From an uncultured Gammaproteobacteria bacterium (GTDB lineage: Bacteria; Patescibacteriota; Microgenomatia; UBA8517), in contig CAYSEQ010000003.1 in the NCBI GenBank assembly GCA_964430475.1, positions 23,832-87,831 of the forward strand: a stretch of DNA of 64,000 bases, read 5' to 3'. Shown here piece after piece: positions 8,613 to 18,915 of this stretch (position 1 is the stretch's first letter; each line of letters begins with the position of its first letter). Made by a program: the position numbers and the translations under genes. The notes below the pieces were generated by a model. That model ran no database searches. It was not told the origin of the DNA and saw nothing but the letters and a program-made list of their open reading frames with translations.

Positions 8613-9785
8613 ATGAGCTTAAAAATGAAAAGGGGTATAGCAACCTTCAGTCTTGATTGGGGTAGAACTCCACAATGGCTTTTTGAGAGAATGCTAAAAC
8701 TTGCAAGAGAAATAACTTATGTTTTGATAGACGAGTATGGACCTGATGAGTACATAAAACGACTAGCTGATCCTATCTGGTTTCAATCTTTAGGAACGCT
8801 ACTTGCATTTGACTGGAACGCATCTGGATTGACAACAACTTTAACCGCAGTCCTAAAGGAGGCAATTCGTGGCCAAGAAAAAAACTTGGGCATCTTTATC
8901 TGTGGTGGAAAAGGAAAAGCTTCTAGAAAAACACCAAATGAAATCCAGTACTGGGGAGAGAGACTTAATCTTTCTGGAGAAAGGGTAAAAAATTTAATCT
9001 ACAACTCACGAATGGCAGCCAAGGTTGATAATTCTCTCGTCCAAGATGATTATCAAATTTACCATCACTGCTTTCTTTTTAGTAAAAATGGTTCCTGGAG
9101 CGTTATCCAACAAGGAATGAATTTAAAAAATCAAACCGCACGGCGCTATCATTGGCATTCGGAAAATATCAAAGATATCATTGAAGAACCTCACACAGGA
9201 ATTGCCAGCCAATTGATTCTCCAAAAAACCCTAAACTTAACTTCGTCTAAAAGTTCAAAGAATAGGGAGATTTCCCTTCAACTTGTAAATGCGGGTTTCG
9301 CAGCTTTAGTGAAAGATCTAAAAATCTTACGCAAACACTCCAGTAAATTGTCTAAAGTCTATACCTTTAGATACAAATCTGACGAATATTCTTGGATGAA
9401 ACTTGAGGATATTGAATTTTACTCTCACCCTGTTGAAAATGAAAACTTTTGGGAAAGCAAATATCTTGAAAAAATTCTGCGAAAGCTTTCAGATAAAAAA
9501 CCTAAAAACTACGAGGAGCTTCTTTCAGAAAGAGGTGTTGGGCCAAAAACTATTCGAGCTTTATCTCTAATTTCAGAATTGATTTACAATGCAAAACCTT
9601 CTTACGAAGACCCTGCACGCTACTGCTTTGCTCATGGAGGAAAGGACTCAATACCCTATCCTGTAGACAAAACCACTTACGATAAAACTATAAATATACT
9701 AGCTGAAATTGTTGGAAAAACAAAGTTGAATTCAATACAAAAAGACAAGATCCTAAAAAGACTCAACTCTAATCTTACATTTTAA
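8613..9785 (+). CDS. DUF763-like protein with helix-hairpin-helix motif (uncharacterised family, mostly archaeal)
   Basis: N-terminal MKRGIA...WGRTPQWLFERM...DPIWFQSLGTLLAFDWNASGLTTT...GGKGKASRKTP resembles DUF763 from memory. GVGPKTIRALSLISELIY is a classic HhH. 3' end overlaps the rpsJ 3' end convergently by 11 nt. Confidence 0.5.
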   Translation: MSLKMKRGIATFSLDWGRTPQWLFERMLKLAREITYVLIDEYGPDEYIKRLADPIWFQSLGTLLAFDWNASGLTTTLTAVLKEAIRGQEKNLGIFICGGKGKASRKTPNEIQYWGERLNLSGERVKNLIYNSRMAAKVDNSLVQDDYQIYHHCFLFSKNGSWSVIQQGMNLKNQTARRYHWHSENIKDIIEEPHTGIASQLILQKTLNLTSSKSSKNREISLQLVNAGFAALVKDLKILRKHSSKLSKVYTFRYKSDEYSWMKLEDIEFYSHPVENENFWESKYLEKILRKLSDKKPKNYEELLSERGVGPKTIRALSLISELIYNAKPSYEDPARYCFAHGGKDSIPYPVDKTTYDKTINILAEIVGKTKLNSIQKDKILKRLNSNLTF

Positions 9786-10086
9786 TTTCTATGGAGACAC
9801 CAGCCGGAAGGTCAAGATTTGAAAGAGAATCAATAGTGCGACTTGTAGGATCAATAATATCAATTAAACGCTTATGAACCAGCACTTCAAAATGCTCTTG
9901 GGCATTTTTAACTCCTCTGGAAGTTGATGGAACAACTGAAATTAATGTCTTTTTAGTTGGAAGAGGAATTGGACCTTTTATTTTTGCACCCGTTGCAATA
10001 GCAGTATCAACAATCTTAACGGTTGCTTCATCCACAACTCTATGGTCGTAACCTTTCAATTTAACCCTTAACCTACTCGATCCCAT
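9775..10086 (-). CDS. rpsJ: 30S ribosomal protein S10 (uS10)
   Basis: 103 aa; RVKLKGYDHRVVDEA...LDLPAGVSIEI aligns with uS10. Confidence 0.9.
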   Translation of the reverse strand: MGSSRLRVKLKGYDHRVVDEATVKIVDTAIATGAKIKGPIPLPTKKTLISVVPSTSRGVKNAQEHFEVLVHKRLIDIIDPTSRTIDSLSNLDLPAGVSIEIKM

Positions 10087-10144
10087 AACTTTCTAAGGTG
10101 CAATCTTTTAATCCTAAAAAACCCTCCTTAAGACTTGAAAGTTA

Positions 10145-11344
10145 TTAAGCAATAATTTTGGTAATTACTCCAGCACCAACTGTGTGACCACCCTCACGAA
10201 TAGCAAATCTCAAACCTTCCTCAACCGCAACAGGTTGTATAAGCTTCACTTTCATCTTTGCATTATCACCAGGCATTACCATTTCTATCCCTTCTGGAAG
10301 AGTCACTTCACCAGTGACATCTGCTGTGCGGATATAAAATTGAGGCTTGTAGCCGGTAAAGAAGGGGGTATGCCTTCCTCCTTCCTCCTTACTTAAGATG
10401 TAAACCTCAGCATCAAACTCTGTATGAGGAGTAACACTACCGGGTTTTGCTAATACCTGGCCTCTTTCAACCTCATCCTTTTCAATACCCCTTAAGAGTA
10501 TACCGACATTGTCTCCTGCTTGGGCTTGATCAAGTGTCTTTCTAAACATCTCTATACCTGTAACTACTGTTTTTCGGGTATCCCTTAAACCAACAATTTC
10601 TACCTCCTCATTAAGCGATAATATTCCTCTTTCTACCCTACCAGTGACAACAGTTCCCCTTCCCTTAATCGAGAAAACATCCTCAATAGGCATTAAAAAT
10701 GGCTTCTCTGTTTCGCGTTTGGGCTCAGGTATATACTCATCGACAGTTTTCATTAACTCCAATACCTGTTTTTCAGCTTCAGCATCCCCTTCTAGGGCCT
10801 TGAGAGCAGAGACTCTTACAATAGGGGTATCTTCAGAATATTGATATTTCTTAAGAAGATCTCTTATGTCCGCTTCCACAAGTTCTATAATCTCCGGATC
10901 ATCAACCTGATCAATCTTGTTTAATGCAACAACCAATGCCGGAACATTTACCTGCCTTGCCAAAATAATGTGTTCCCTAGTCTGAGGCATGGGTCCATCC
11001 GGCGCTGAAACGACCAGGATTGCTCCATCCATTTGTGCTGCTCCGGTAATCATGTTTTTGATATAGTCAGCATGCCCCGGTGCATCAATATGGGCATAAT
11101 GCCTTTTGTCAGTCTCGTATTCTACATGGGTAATGTTAATTGTTACTCCTCTTTCCTTTTCTTCGGGAGCATTATCTATCTCATCAAAGCGGTAAGGCCT
11201 ATTTACTCCACCAGGAAAATTTTTTGCCAGCACAGAGGTTATAGCAGCTGTCAAAGTGGTCTTACCATGATCAACATGACCAATAGTACCTATATTGATA
11301 TGAGGTTTTGTCCTCTCAAATTTTTTCTTTGTTTCTGCTGCCAT
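10145..11344 (-). CDS. tuf: elongation factor Tu
   Basis: [23 protein letters not shown]-like, NKxD motifs; 399 aa. Confidence 0.95.
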   Translation of the reverse strand: MAAETKKKFERTKPHINIGTIGHVDHGKTTLTAAITSVLAKNFPGGVNRPYRFDEIDNAPEEKERGVTINITHVEYETDKRHYAHIDAPGHADYIKNMITGAAQMDGAILVVSAPDGPMPQTREHIILARQVNVPALVVALNKIDQVDDPEIIELVEADIRDLLKKYQYSEDTPIVRVSALKALEGDAEAEKQVLELMKTVDEYIPEPKRETEKPFLMPIEDVFSIKGRGTVVTGRVERGILSLNEEVEIVGLRDTRKTVVTGIEMFRKTLDQAQAGDNVGILLRGIEKDEVERGQVLAKPGSVTPHTEFDAEVYILSKEEGGRHTPFFTGYKPQFYIRTADVTGEVTLPEGIEMVMPGDNAKMKVKLIQPVAVEEGLRFAIREGGHTVGAGVITKIIA

Positions 11345-11453
11345 TTTTTTAAATCTAATTTAAATCCAAAAAGAGACAAATTTAAACCACGCTTAGCGTG
11401 GCTAGTGTGTATTATAGTAAAGGCAAAATTAAGGTGTCAAGACCTAAAGTTTT

Positions 11454-13631
11454 TTATGTGTTTCTATGAAATGTTACCGTGCCTCTCTGGGATATTAAAT
11501 TACTAGCTATATTTGGCGGAACTTCTTCATAATGGCTAGGCTCCATATAAAAACTTGCCCTGCCTTGGGAAATTGAACGAAGTCGTGTGGCGTATCCTGC
11601 TAGTTCAGCAAGTGGGGCTAATGCTAAAATGACCGTAAGATTTCCCCTCTTTTCTGTCCCTTGGATCTGGGCTCTCTTACTTGACAGATCGCCGATGATA
11701 TCGCCCATGAATTCTTCTGGTGCAGTCACTTCAAGTTTCATGATAGGCTCAAGGAGCACCATATCAGCTTTTTTTGCCGCCTCCTCAAGTGCTAAAGATC
11801 CTGCAATCTTGAATGCTATCTCGGAGGAATCAACTTCATGAAAGCTTCCGTCATAAACAACAACCCTCATATCAGTCATTGGGAAACCCGCCAAAATACC
11901 ATTTTCCATCTTTTCTCTGACCCCTTTTTCAATGGCAGGAATAAATTCCGCAGGAATGGCACCACCTTTTATTTCACTCTTCCACTCAAAACCCTGCCCC
12001 CTACCAAGAGGTTCTATTCTTAAAAAGCAATGTCCATATTGCCCTCTTCCCCCGGTTTGGCGTATATATTTTCCTTCACCAGTAGCAATCTTTTTTATAG
12101 TTTCTTTATAAGCAACCTGAGGAGTACCAGTTTTGGCATCGACACCAAATTCTCTCTTCATTCGGTCAACAAGTATCTCAAGTTGGAGTTCTCCCATACC
12201 GGAAATAATCGTCTGACCCGTTTCAGGATTTGACTTTATCCTAAATGTAGGATCCTCATCTGAAAGTTTCTGAAGCGCAATACCCATCTTTTCCTGATCC
12301 TGTTTAGTTGCAGGCTCGATAGCCAAAGAAATCACGGGTTCAGGAAATGTAGGCGGTTCAAAAAGAATTGGATGGTTTCTATCTGCCAAGGTGTCTCCTG
12401 TTGAGGTATCTTTTATACCTACTGCAGCCACAATTTCGCCTGTAAATGCCTCCTCAATCAATTCTCTCTGATCCGCATGAAGAAGTACAAGTTTCCCTAT
12501 ACGCTCAGCTTTTTGTTTACTAAAATTGTAAACAACATCACCTACCTTTACCTTTCCAGAATAAATTCTCAAGTATACTAGCCTTCCCACATGCGGATCC
12601 GTAACCACTTTAAAAGCAAGCGCAGAAAAGGGGGCGTTGTTGCTGGGTTCTCTTGTTTCTTTCTCTTGTGTCTGAGGATTTAACCCTTCCACTGGAGGTA
12701 AATCTAATGGCGAAGGTAAATACTCGATCACTGCGTCTAAAAGAAGCTGGACAGTTACCATTCGGTTATCCCCACCTAAAATTGGGAAAAATTTGCCCGT
12801 AATTACACCCTTTCTTATTGCTCTTTTAAGCTCTACTTCGCTGGGTTCCTTACCCTCCAAATACTTTTGCAACGCTTCATCATCAAACTCAGAAACCTTC
12901 TCAATTAACTCAGCTCGGTAAGCTTTTGCCATTTCCAAAACCTCGGCTGGAATTTCTTCTTCTGTCAATTTATTATCGTCAATACCTTTGTAAGTGTAAG
13001 CCTTCATTTTCACTAGATCGACAACACCCCTAAGCGCATGTTCTAACCCAATTGGAATTTGAATTGGGGAAGCGTTGGCACCAAGACGCTCCCTTATAGA
13101 TTTAATACTCCCCTCAAAATCCGCACCTATTAAATTTAATTTATTCAAAGAACAAATCCTTGGAACATGGTATTTATCTGCTTGCCTCCAAACTGTTTCT
13201 GATTGACTCTCTACACCAGTCCTACCATCAAAGACCATTATTGCACCATCCAAAACCCTTAATGAACGTTCGACTTCAGCGGTGAAATCAATATGGCCAG
13301 GGGTGTCAATGATATTTATCCTATAATGCCCTTGGGCTAGGGGTGAATTTTCTTCTCTAAGATCCCAAAAAGTAGTAATCGCTGCCGAAACAATTGTTAT
13401 ACCTCGTTCCCTTTCCTGTTCCATCCAGTCAGTAACTGTAGTTCCTTCATCAACGCTTCCTAGTTTATAGGTCTTTCCGGTCTCAAAGAGAATTCTTTCT
13501 GTAGTCGTGGTCTTTCCAGCATCAATATGAGCAATAATCCCAATATTCCGGATTTTTTCCAATGGAACAATACGGTCTTTTGTAACCGTCATCACCATAG
13601 CTGACTTTTTTTTGATCTGCTGTGCCGGCAT
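11454..13631 (-). CDS. fusA: elongation factor G
   Basis: AHIDAGKTTTTERIL, five-domain length 725 aa; str-operon position. Confidence 0.95.
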   Translation of the reverse strand: MPAQQIKKKSAMVMTVTKDRIVPLEKIRNIGIIAHIDAGKTTTTERILFETGKTYKLGSVDEGTTVTDWMEQERERGITIVSAAITTFWDLREENSPLAQGHYRINIIDTPGHIDFTAEVERSLRVLDGAIMVFDGRTGVESQSETVWRQADKYHVPRICSLNKLNLIGADFEGSIKSIRERLGANASPIQIPIGLEHALRGVVDLVKMKAYTYKGIDDNKLTEEEIPAEVLEMAKAYRAELIEKVSEFDDEALQKYLEGKEPSEVELKRAIRKGVITGKFFPILGGDNRMVTVQLLLDAVIEYLPSPLDLPPVEGLNPQTQEKETREPSNNAPFSALAFKVVTDPHVGRLVYLRIYSGKVKVGDVVYNFSKQKAERIGKLVLLHADQRELIEEAFTGEIVAAVGIKDTSTGDTLADRNHPILFEPPTFPEPVISLAIEPATKQDQEKMGIALQKLSDEDPTFRIKSNPETGQTIISGMGELQLEILVDRMKREFGVDAKTGTPQVAYKETIKKIATGEGKYIRQTGGRGQYGHCFLRIEPLGRGQGFEWKSEIKGGAIPAEFIPAIEKGVREKMENGILAGFPMTDMRVVVYDGSFHEVDSSEIAFKIAGSLALEEAAKKADMVLLEPIMKLEVTAPEEFMGDIIGDLSSKRAQIQGTEKRGNLTVILALAPLAELAGYATRLRSISQGRASFYMEPSHYEEVPPNIASNLISQRGTVTFHRNT

Positions 13632-13809
13632 AATCTAATTCTTTAAAAAAATTATCTTTACACAAAAAAACTTCCTCCTTAAAACCCTTAAAATTTAAAA
13701 AGGAAGAAGTGAGATGAATTTTAGCAATTCTAAATTTATTTAGCAAACCCCAAAGAAGATTCACCATGAAACCTTTTTAAGGGTTTAAAACTTCTCAAGT
13801 TTTCATGAA

Positions 13810-14286
13810 TTACCACCTAAAATGTGCAAAGGCTTTATTTGCTTCGGCAATTCGTTCTACCTCCTGACGTTTTTTAACTGCTCCTCCTTCTCCTATCGCT
13901 GCATCTTTTATCTCCGCCGCAAGTTTTTCCGCAAATGTATGGTATGTAGAACTTGGACGCGCGCGAGCAGCAAAGATAAGCCACCTAATAGCTAAAGATT
14001 CTCTTCTCCTACCCTTGACAGGCATAGGAACCTGATACGCTGCACCCCCAACTCTTCTTGGACGAACCTCTTGGGTAGGCTTTATATTTTCAATTGCTTT
14101 AACAAAAACCTGAATAGGATCTTTTCCCTCACTTTTAATGATCTCAAAAGCTCGATATACCTCTCTTTGAGCAACAGATTTTTTCCCGTCTCTCATACAA
14201 CGGTTGATGAGTTTCGCAACCAGTTTATTGTTATAAACTGGATCTGGCTTTATCTCTCTTGGTTTAACTGGTCCTTTCCTTGGCAT
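13810..14286 (-). CDS. rpsG: 30S ribosomal protein S7 (uS7)
   Basis: MPRKGPVKPREIKPDPVYN... canonical uS7. Confidence 0.9.
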   Translation of the reverse strand: MPRKGPVKPREIKPDPVYNNKLVAKLINRCMRDGKKSVAQREVYRAFEIIKSEGKDPIQVFVKAIENIKPTQEVRPRRVGGAAYQVPMPVKGRRRESLAIRWLIFAARARPSSTYHTFAEKLAAEIKDAAIGEGGAVKKRQEVERIAEANKAFAHFRW

Positions 14287-14303
14287 ATATATAAATTCCT
14301 AAG

Positions 14304-14780
14304 TTAAGGGCTGGGGGATTCAGTTGAAGCCCCTCCTACTGAAACCTTACTCTGGATACCTTCCTTACCTTTAGTACCATATTTGCTCCTTGAAGTCTTC
14401 CTCCCGACAACACCTGTGGTATCGTATTTACCCCTGACAATAGTGTATTTCACTCCAGGCAAGTCCTTGACTCTTCCACCCCTTACCAAAACAATGGAGT
14501 GTTCCGCTAATTCATGCCCTTCTCCAGGAATATAAGCCGTTACCTCCTGTTTATTCGACAGCCTAACCCTTGCAACCTTCCTGAGCGCAGAATTAGGTTT
14601 CTTAGGGGTCATAGTTCGAACCTGCAAAACAACCCCTCTTTTAAAGGGTGCTGGAAATTCAGAAAATCTCCTATCTTTGGCACTAAACCAGCGCTTTAGC
14701 GCCTTTTTCTTTATCTTTTTCAAGATCTTTTTTCTTCCTTTCCTTACTAATTGAGAAACTGTTGGCATAGTATTAATCAA
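14304..14780 (-). CDS. rpsL: 30S ribosomal protein S12 (uS12) with internal insertion and C-terminal extension
   Basis: [11 protein letters not shown]...[12 protein letters not shown]...core; 158 aa against ~124. Alternative start at MPTVSQL (14768). Confidence 0.85.
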   Translation of the reverse strand: MINTMPTVSQLVRKGRKKILKKIKKKALKRWFSAKDRRFSEFPAPFKRGVVLQVRTMTPKKPNSALRKVARVRLSNKQEVTAYIPGEGHELAEHSIVLVRGGRVKDLPGVKYTIVRGKYDTTGVVGRKTSRSKYGTKGKEGIQSKVSVGGASTESPSP

Positions 14781-15148
14781 AAATTAAAAAGGGGAATAGC
14801 TTCCCAAGCCTAAAATTCTACTACAATTTTCCTCTCTCGGCAATATCCTTTACACATTAAAATAAAGATTGCAAAATCCCTAGATTATTAAATGTTAATT
14901 CTAAATCCCAAAACCTAATTTTTTAAAATTTTAAACAAGTCTTAAATTCCAAACTTAAAATTAAAAATCCTAAAATACCAAACCACAAATATTGGTTTTC
15001 TGATACTCCAAATAGAAACCTTTATTCCAAAAAATTATCTAGAAACCAAAACCATTAAAGGCAGGGATTCTTGTTATCAAGAAACTATCATTGGTTATTA
15101 ATATCTTTTGGAGGTATCATTAAACTACTGGTATTTTTTCTAAGAACA

Positions 15149-18100
15149 TTAAGATTTAACTTCCAAAGAAGCTCTTTCAGGGGTAACTGGTATAAGACGA
15201 CCTATAATAACATTCTCCTTAAGACCTATAAGTTTATCTTCTTTGCCCAGAAGGGCAGCGGTTGCGAGTACATCTGTTGTTTGCTGAAAAGATGCAGCTG
15301 ACAGCCAAGACTCTGTAAATAGTGCTCTTCTGGTGATGCCCAGAATTACTTGTTGAGCTGTCGCAGGTTCGCCACCAGCTGCTAACACTTTCTCATTCTC
15401 TTCTTCAAAAGTAGCCTTCTCAATAAGTTCACCAGGAAGAAGGGGAGTATCACCAGAGCTTAAGATTCGTACCTCATCGCTCATTTTCCTCACTATCACT
15501 TCGAAGTGTTTATCATGAATAGGTATTCCTTGGCTTTCATAAACCTTTTGTACCTCGTTAACCAAGTACTCTTGAGCGCTTCTTAAACCCTTGATTGAAA
15601 GAATTTCGCGAATATCAAGGGCGCCTATCGCCAAAGGCGTGCCTACCTCAATTATTTGACCATCCTCAACTGCAAGTTGAATCGTTTTGGGTATGATATA
15701 TTCTCTTTCTTCCTTTGGTTTTTGTTTCACTGAAACAATAGTGACCTTCCAACCTTCTTCCGTCTCACCAATTCTTACCTTACCAGAAATCTCGGCCAAG
15801 GGAGCCATCACTTTTGGTGTCCTTGCTTCAATCAACTCTTCAACTCTCGGCAAACCCTGTGTCACATCTATACCCACAATTCCTGCTGCGTGTTTCGTCT
15901 TAAGAGTCAGCTGTGTCCCGGGTTCACCTATCGACTGTGCAGCAATTACACCAACTGGGGTTCCTACCTCTACAAGAGACTTGTTAGAAAGGTCCCAACC
16001 ATAACACTTAACACAAACACCGTACCTTGTCTTACAAGTCAAGGGTGAATAAACGCTAACTTGCTCCACTCCAGATGCATCAATTTCATTAGCTTTGACT
16101 TCATCTATTAAATCTCCCTTGAGTGCAAGAATTTTTTCCTTCCTTCCTTGCTTAATCTTTACATCCTCACTAACAAATCTGCCTGTGATACGAGTTGCAA
16201 AAGATTTGGGCCTAGGTTCTCTTTTTATGATAAATCCCTCGTTAGTACCACAATCTTTCATCCTTACAATTACATCGTGAGCAACATCAACAAGTCGCCT
16301 TGTAAGATATCCTGCATCGGCAGTTTTCAAGGCTGTATCAGTCAAACCCTTCCTTGATCCTCTGGAAGAAGTCACATATTCAAATACTGGCAACCCCTCC
16401 CGGAAATTGGATTTTATTGGTAATTCCACTATTTTGCCCAAAGGATCCACTACCAAACCTCTCATCGCTGCGAGCTGTTTGACCTGATCTCTTGAAGTTC
16501 TCCCAACACCTGCATCAATTGCAATCCTAATAGGGTTACTAGAATCCAAAAGACTCCAGGTCTTGTCAGTTAATTCCTCGGCAATTTCTATCCAAACCTC
16601 CTGAGTAAGCCTTCTTTTTTCTTCGTTAGTTATCAGCCCCTGTGCGTAATTTTCCTCAATCTCGGCAATCTTTGCATTTGCTTGTCTTATCAATTTTTCT
16701 TTCTCTGGATGAACCTTTGCGTCAAAAATTCCAAAAGAAACTCCTGACACTGTCCCACCAAAAAATCCAAGATCTTTTATTGCATCGATCATTTCTACTA
16801 CTTTTTCTCTCGGAACAGTGGTAAATGCTTCGGTAAATAATTTTTTGATTTTTGAGGACGTGATAGATTCATTTACAAAACCAAAACTTTCAGGTAAAAC
16901 CTCATTAAAAATAATCCTGCCCACTGTAGTTTCAACAAGACTGCCATTGACTCGTAGCGTAATTTTTTGCCTTAAATCGATCTTCCCGACCTGATAAGCA
17001 AGAATTGCCTCTTTAGTGTCAGAAAAGATGCTTTTCGATGGTTCAATCCTTGAATCCTCACTGGTTAGATAATAAATTCCTAGCGCCATTTCTTTACTTG
17101 AAGGAGTGGTGATTGGTGAACCATCTGCAGGTCTTAAAAGATTATGCCGAGGAAGCATCAATTCTTTTGCCTCTTTAATTGCCTTTTTAGAAAGAGGAAC
17201 ATGCACAGCCATTTGATCGCCATCAAAATCTGCATTAAACCCACTACAAACAGCTGGGTGAATCCTAATTGCAGATCCTTCAATAAGGATGGGGTAAAAG
17301 GCTTGGATACCTAATTTGTGAAGCGTGGGTGCACGATTCAGAAGGACTGGATGATCCTTCGTTATTTCCTCTAGAATATCAAACACTTCTGGTGGGCGAT
17401 GCTCTAGCATATTCTTAGCACTTTTGACATTAGGAGCAATTCCTCTGACTATCATTTCTCTAAGAACAAAGGGTTTAAACATCTCAAGTGCCATATCCTT
17501 TGGCAAACCACATTGGTTGAGCTTAAGCTCAGGACCGACGATAATGACTGACCGACCGGAATAATCCACTCTTTTTCCTAAGAGATTCTGTCTAAATCTA
17601 CCCTGTTTACCGCGAAGCATATCGGAAAGTGATCTTAACGGCTGTCTTCCTCTACCTCTCCGGGTTGCCTTCCTTTGAGATGCATCGATAAGAGAATCCA
17701 CAGATTCTTGCAACATTCTCTTTTCATTTCTTAGAATTATTTCAGGAGCACCTAACTCAATAAGGTGTTTTAAACGATTATTTCTATTGATTACTCTTCT
17801 ATAAAGATCATTCAGATCGCTAGTCGCAAACCTTCCCCCTGAAAGTTGGACCATCGGACGAAGGTCAGGTGGAAGAACAGGAAGAACCCTCAGTACAAAC
17901 CAGGAAGGGTTAATTTTGGCCCTTCTTAAACCATCAACCAATTTCAATCTTTTGGTTAACTTGACATAACGATTACTATCCCCTTTTGTCGCCTCAAGCT
18001 CTTTACGAAGACTAGCTGCAAGTTCCTCAAGGTTAATCTTTTCAATGGCTGCAAGGACTGCCTCAGCACCCATCTTCGCCTCAAAAAAGTCTGAAGCCTT

Positions 18101-18880
18101 GTGGGTAGTTAACTCTTCGTACTCCTCTTCCGAAAGTATTGACAAAGGCTTCAAGCCCCTTACCAAGTTATTAAGGTTTTCAAAAAGTTGAAGAGTCCTT
18201 TCGATACTTGCCTTTTCTTCTTCACTAAGCGCAGTCTCCTTTTTCCTCAACTCAAGTTCAATCTCAGAAATAGCAAGTGTGGCTTGCTCTTTGTCTTTAA
18301 TCTTTCCTAGAATTTTTTTCTTGTCCTCTTCGGATTTTTCCCGAAGTGCTTTCCTTCTTTCGGCAAAGGTCTTTCTTATTTCTTCTTCCCTTTGAGCCAA
18401 AGCCTGCTCGAGTTGCTTGAGCGCGTTCTTCTTTCCATTCTTATCAACCGATAAAACCAGATAGCGTGCAAAGTAAATTACTTGTTCTATAGCTCGAGGT
18501 GCTACATCGAGAAGCAAAGAAATTTTTGAAGGCGCACCCTTGAAAAACCACACATGAACAACAGGGGAAGCTAATTTTATATGGCCCATTCTTTCACGAC
18601 GAACCCTACTTTGCGTCACCTCTACGCCACACTTATCACAGATAACTCCTTTATAACGTATTCTCTTATACTTTCCACAATAACATTCCCAATCCTTTGT
18701 AGGTCCAAAAATTCTTTCATCAAAAAGTCCATCTTTTTCCGGTTTAAGAGTCCTATAATTAATGGTTTCGGGTTTTGTTACCTCACCACGCGACCAGCGG
18801 ACTATCTCTTCCGGAGAAGCCAGCCTTATTATCAAACTTTTAAAATCTGTAAGATCTTTTAATCCTGCCAAAGGTTCCAT
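15149..18880 (-). CDS. rpoC: DNA-directed RNA polymerase subunit beta'
   Basis: Zn-finger CYCGKYKRIRYKGVICDKCGVEV, NADFDGD catalytic motif; 1243 aa. Confidence 0.95.
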   Translation of the reverse strand: MEPLAGLKDLTDFKSLIIRLASPEEIVRWSRGEVTKPETINYRTLKPEKDGLFDERIFGPTKDWECYCGKYKRIRYKGVICDKCGVEVTQSRVRRERMGHIKLASPVVHVWFFKGAPSKISLLLDVAPRAIEQVIYFARYLVLSVDKNGKKNALKQLEQALAQREEEIRKTFAERRKALREKSEEDKKKILGKIKDKEQATLAISEIELELRKKETALSEEEKASIERTLQLFENLNNLVRGLKPLSILSEEEYEELTTHKASDFFEAKMGAEAVLAAIEKINLEELAASLRKELEATKGDSNRYVKLTKRLKLVDGLRRAKINPSWFVLRVLPVLPPDLRPMVQLSGGRFATSDLNDLYRRVINRNNRLKHLIELGAPEIILRNEKRMLQESVDSLIDASQRKATRRGRGRQPLRSLSDMLRGKQGRFRQNLLGKRVDYSGRSVIIVGPELKLNQCGLPKDMALEMFKPFVLREMIVRGIAPNVKSAKNMLEHRPPEVFDILEEITKDHPVLLNRAPTLHKLGIQAFYPILIEGSAIRIHPAVCSGFNADFDGDQMAVHVPLSKKAIKEAKELMLPRHNLLRPADGSPITTPSSKEMALGIYYLTSEDSRIEPSKSIFSDTKEAILAYQVGKIDLRQKITLRVNGSLVETTVGRIIFNEVLPESFGFVNESITSSKIKKLFTEAFTTVPREKVVEMIDAIKDLGFFGGTVSGVSFGIFDAKVHPEKEKLIRQANAKIAEIEENYAQGLITNEEKRRLTQEVWIEIAEELTDKTWSLLDSSNPIRIAIDAGVGRTSRDQVKQLAAMRGLVVDPLGKIVELPIKSNFREGLPVFEYVTSSRGSRKGLTDTALKTADAGYLTRRLVDVAHDVIVRMKDCGTNEGFIIKREPRPKSFATRITGRFVSEDVKIKQGRKEKILALKGDLIDEVKANEIDASGVEQVSVYSPLTCKTRYGVCVKCYGWDLSNKSLVEVGTPVGVIAAQSIGEPGTQLTLKTKHAAGIVGIDVTQGLPRVEELIEARTPKVMAPLAEISGKVRIGETEEGWKVTIVSVKQKPKEEREYIIPKTIQLAVEDGQIIEVGTPLAIGALDIREILSIKGLRSAQEYLVNEVQKVYESQGIPIHDKHFEVIVRKMSDEVRILSSGDTPLLPGELIEKATFEEENEKVLAAGGEPATAQQVILGITRRALFTESWLSAASFQQTTDVLATAALLGKEDKLIGLKENVIIGRLIPVTPERASLEVKS

Positions 18881-18915
18881 AAATTTTATTTCTACAAAGA
18901 AATTAACTTCTAATC

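Noticed and set aside
13522-13767. 81-aa minus ORF in the rpsG-fusA spacer
   Set aside because: It overlaps the fusA N-terminus out of frame and has no recognisable family. The spacer more likely holds regulatory inverted repeats (13678-13692 and 13775-13790).
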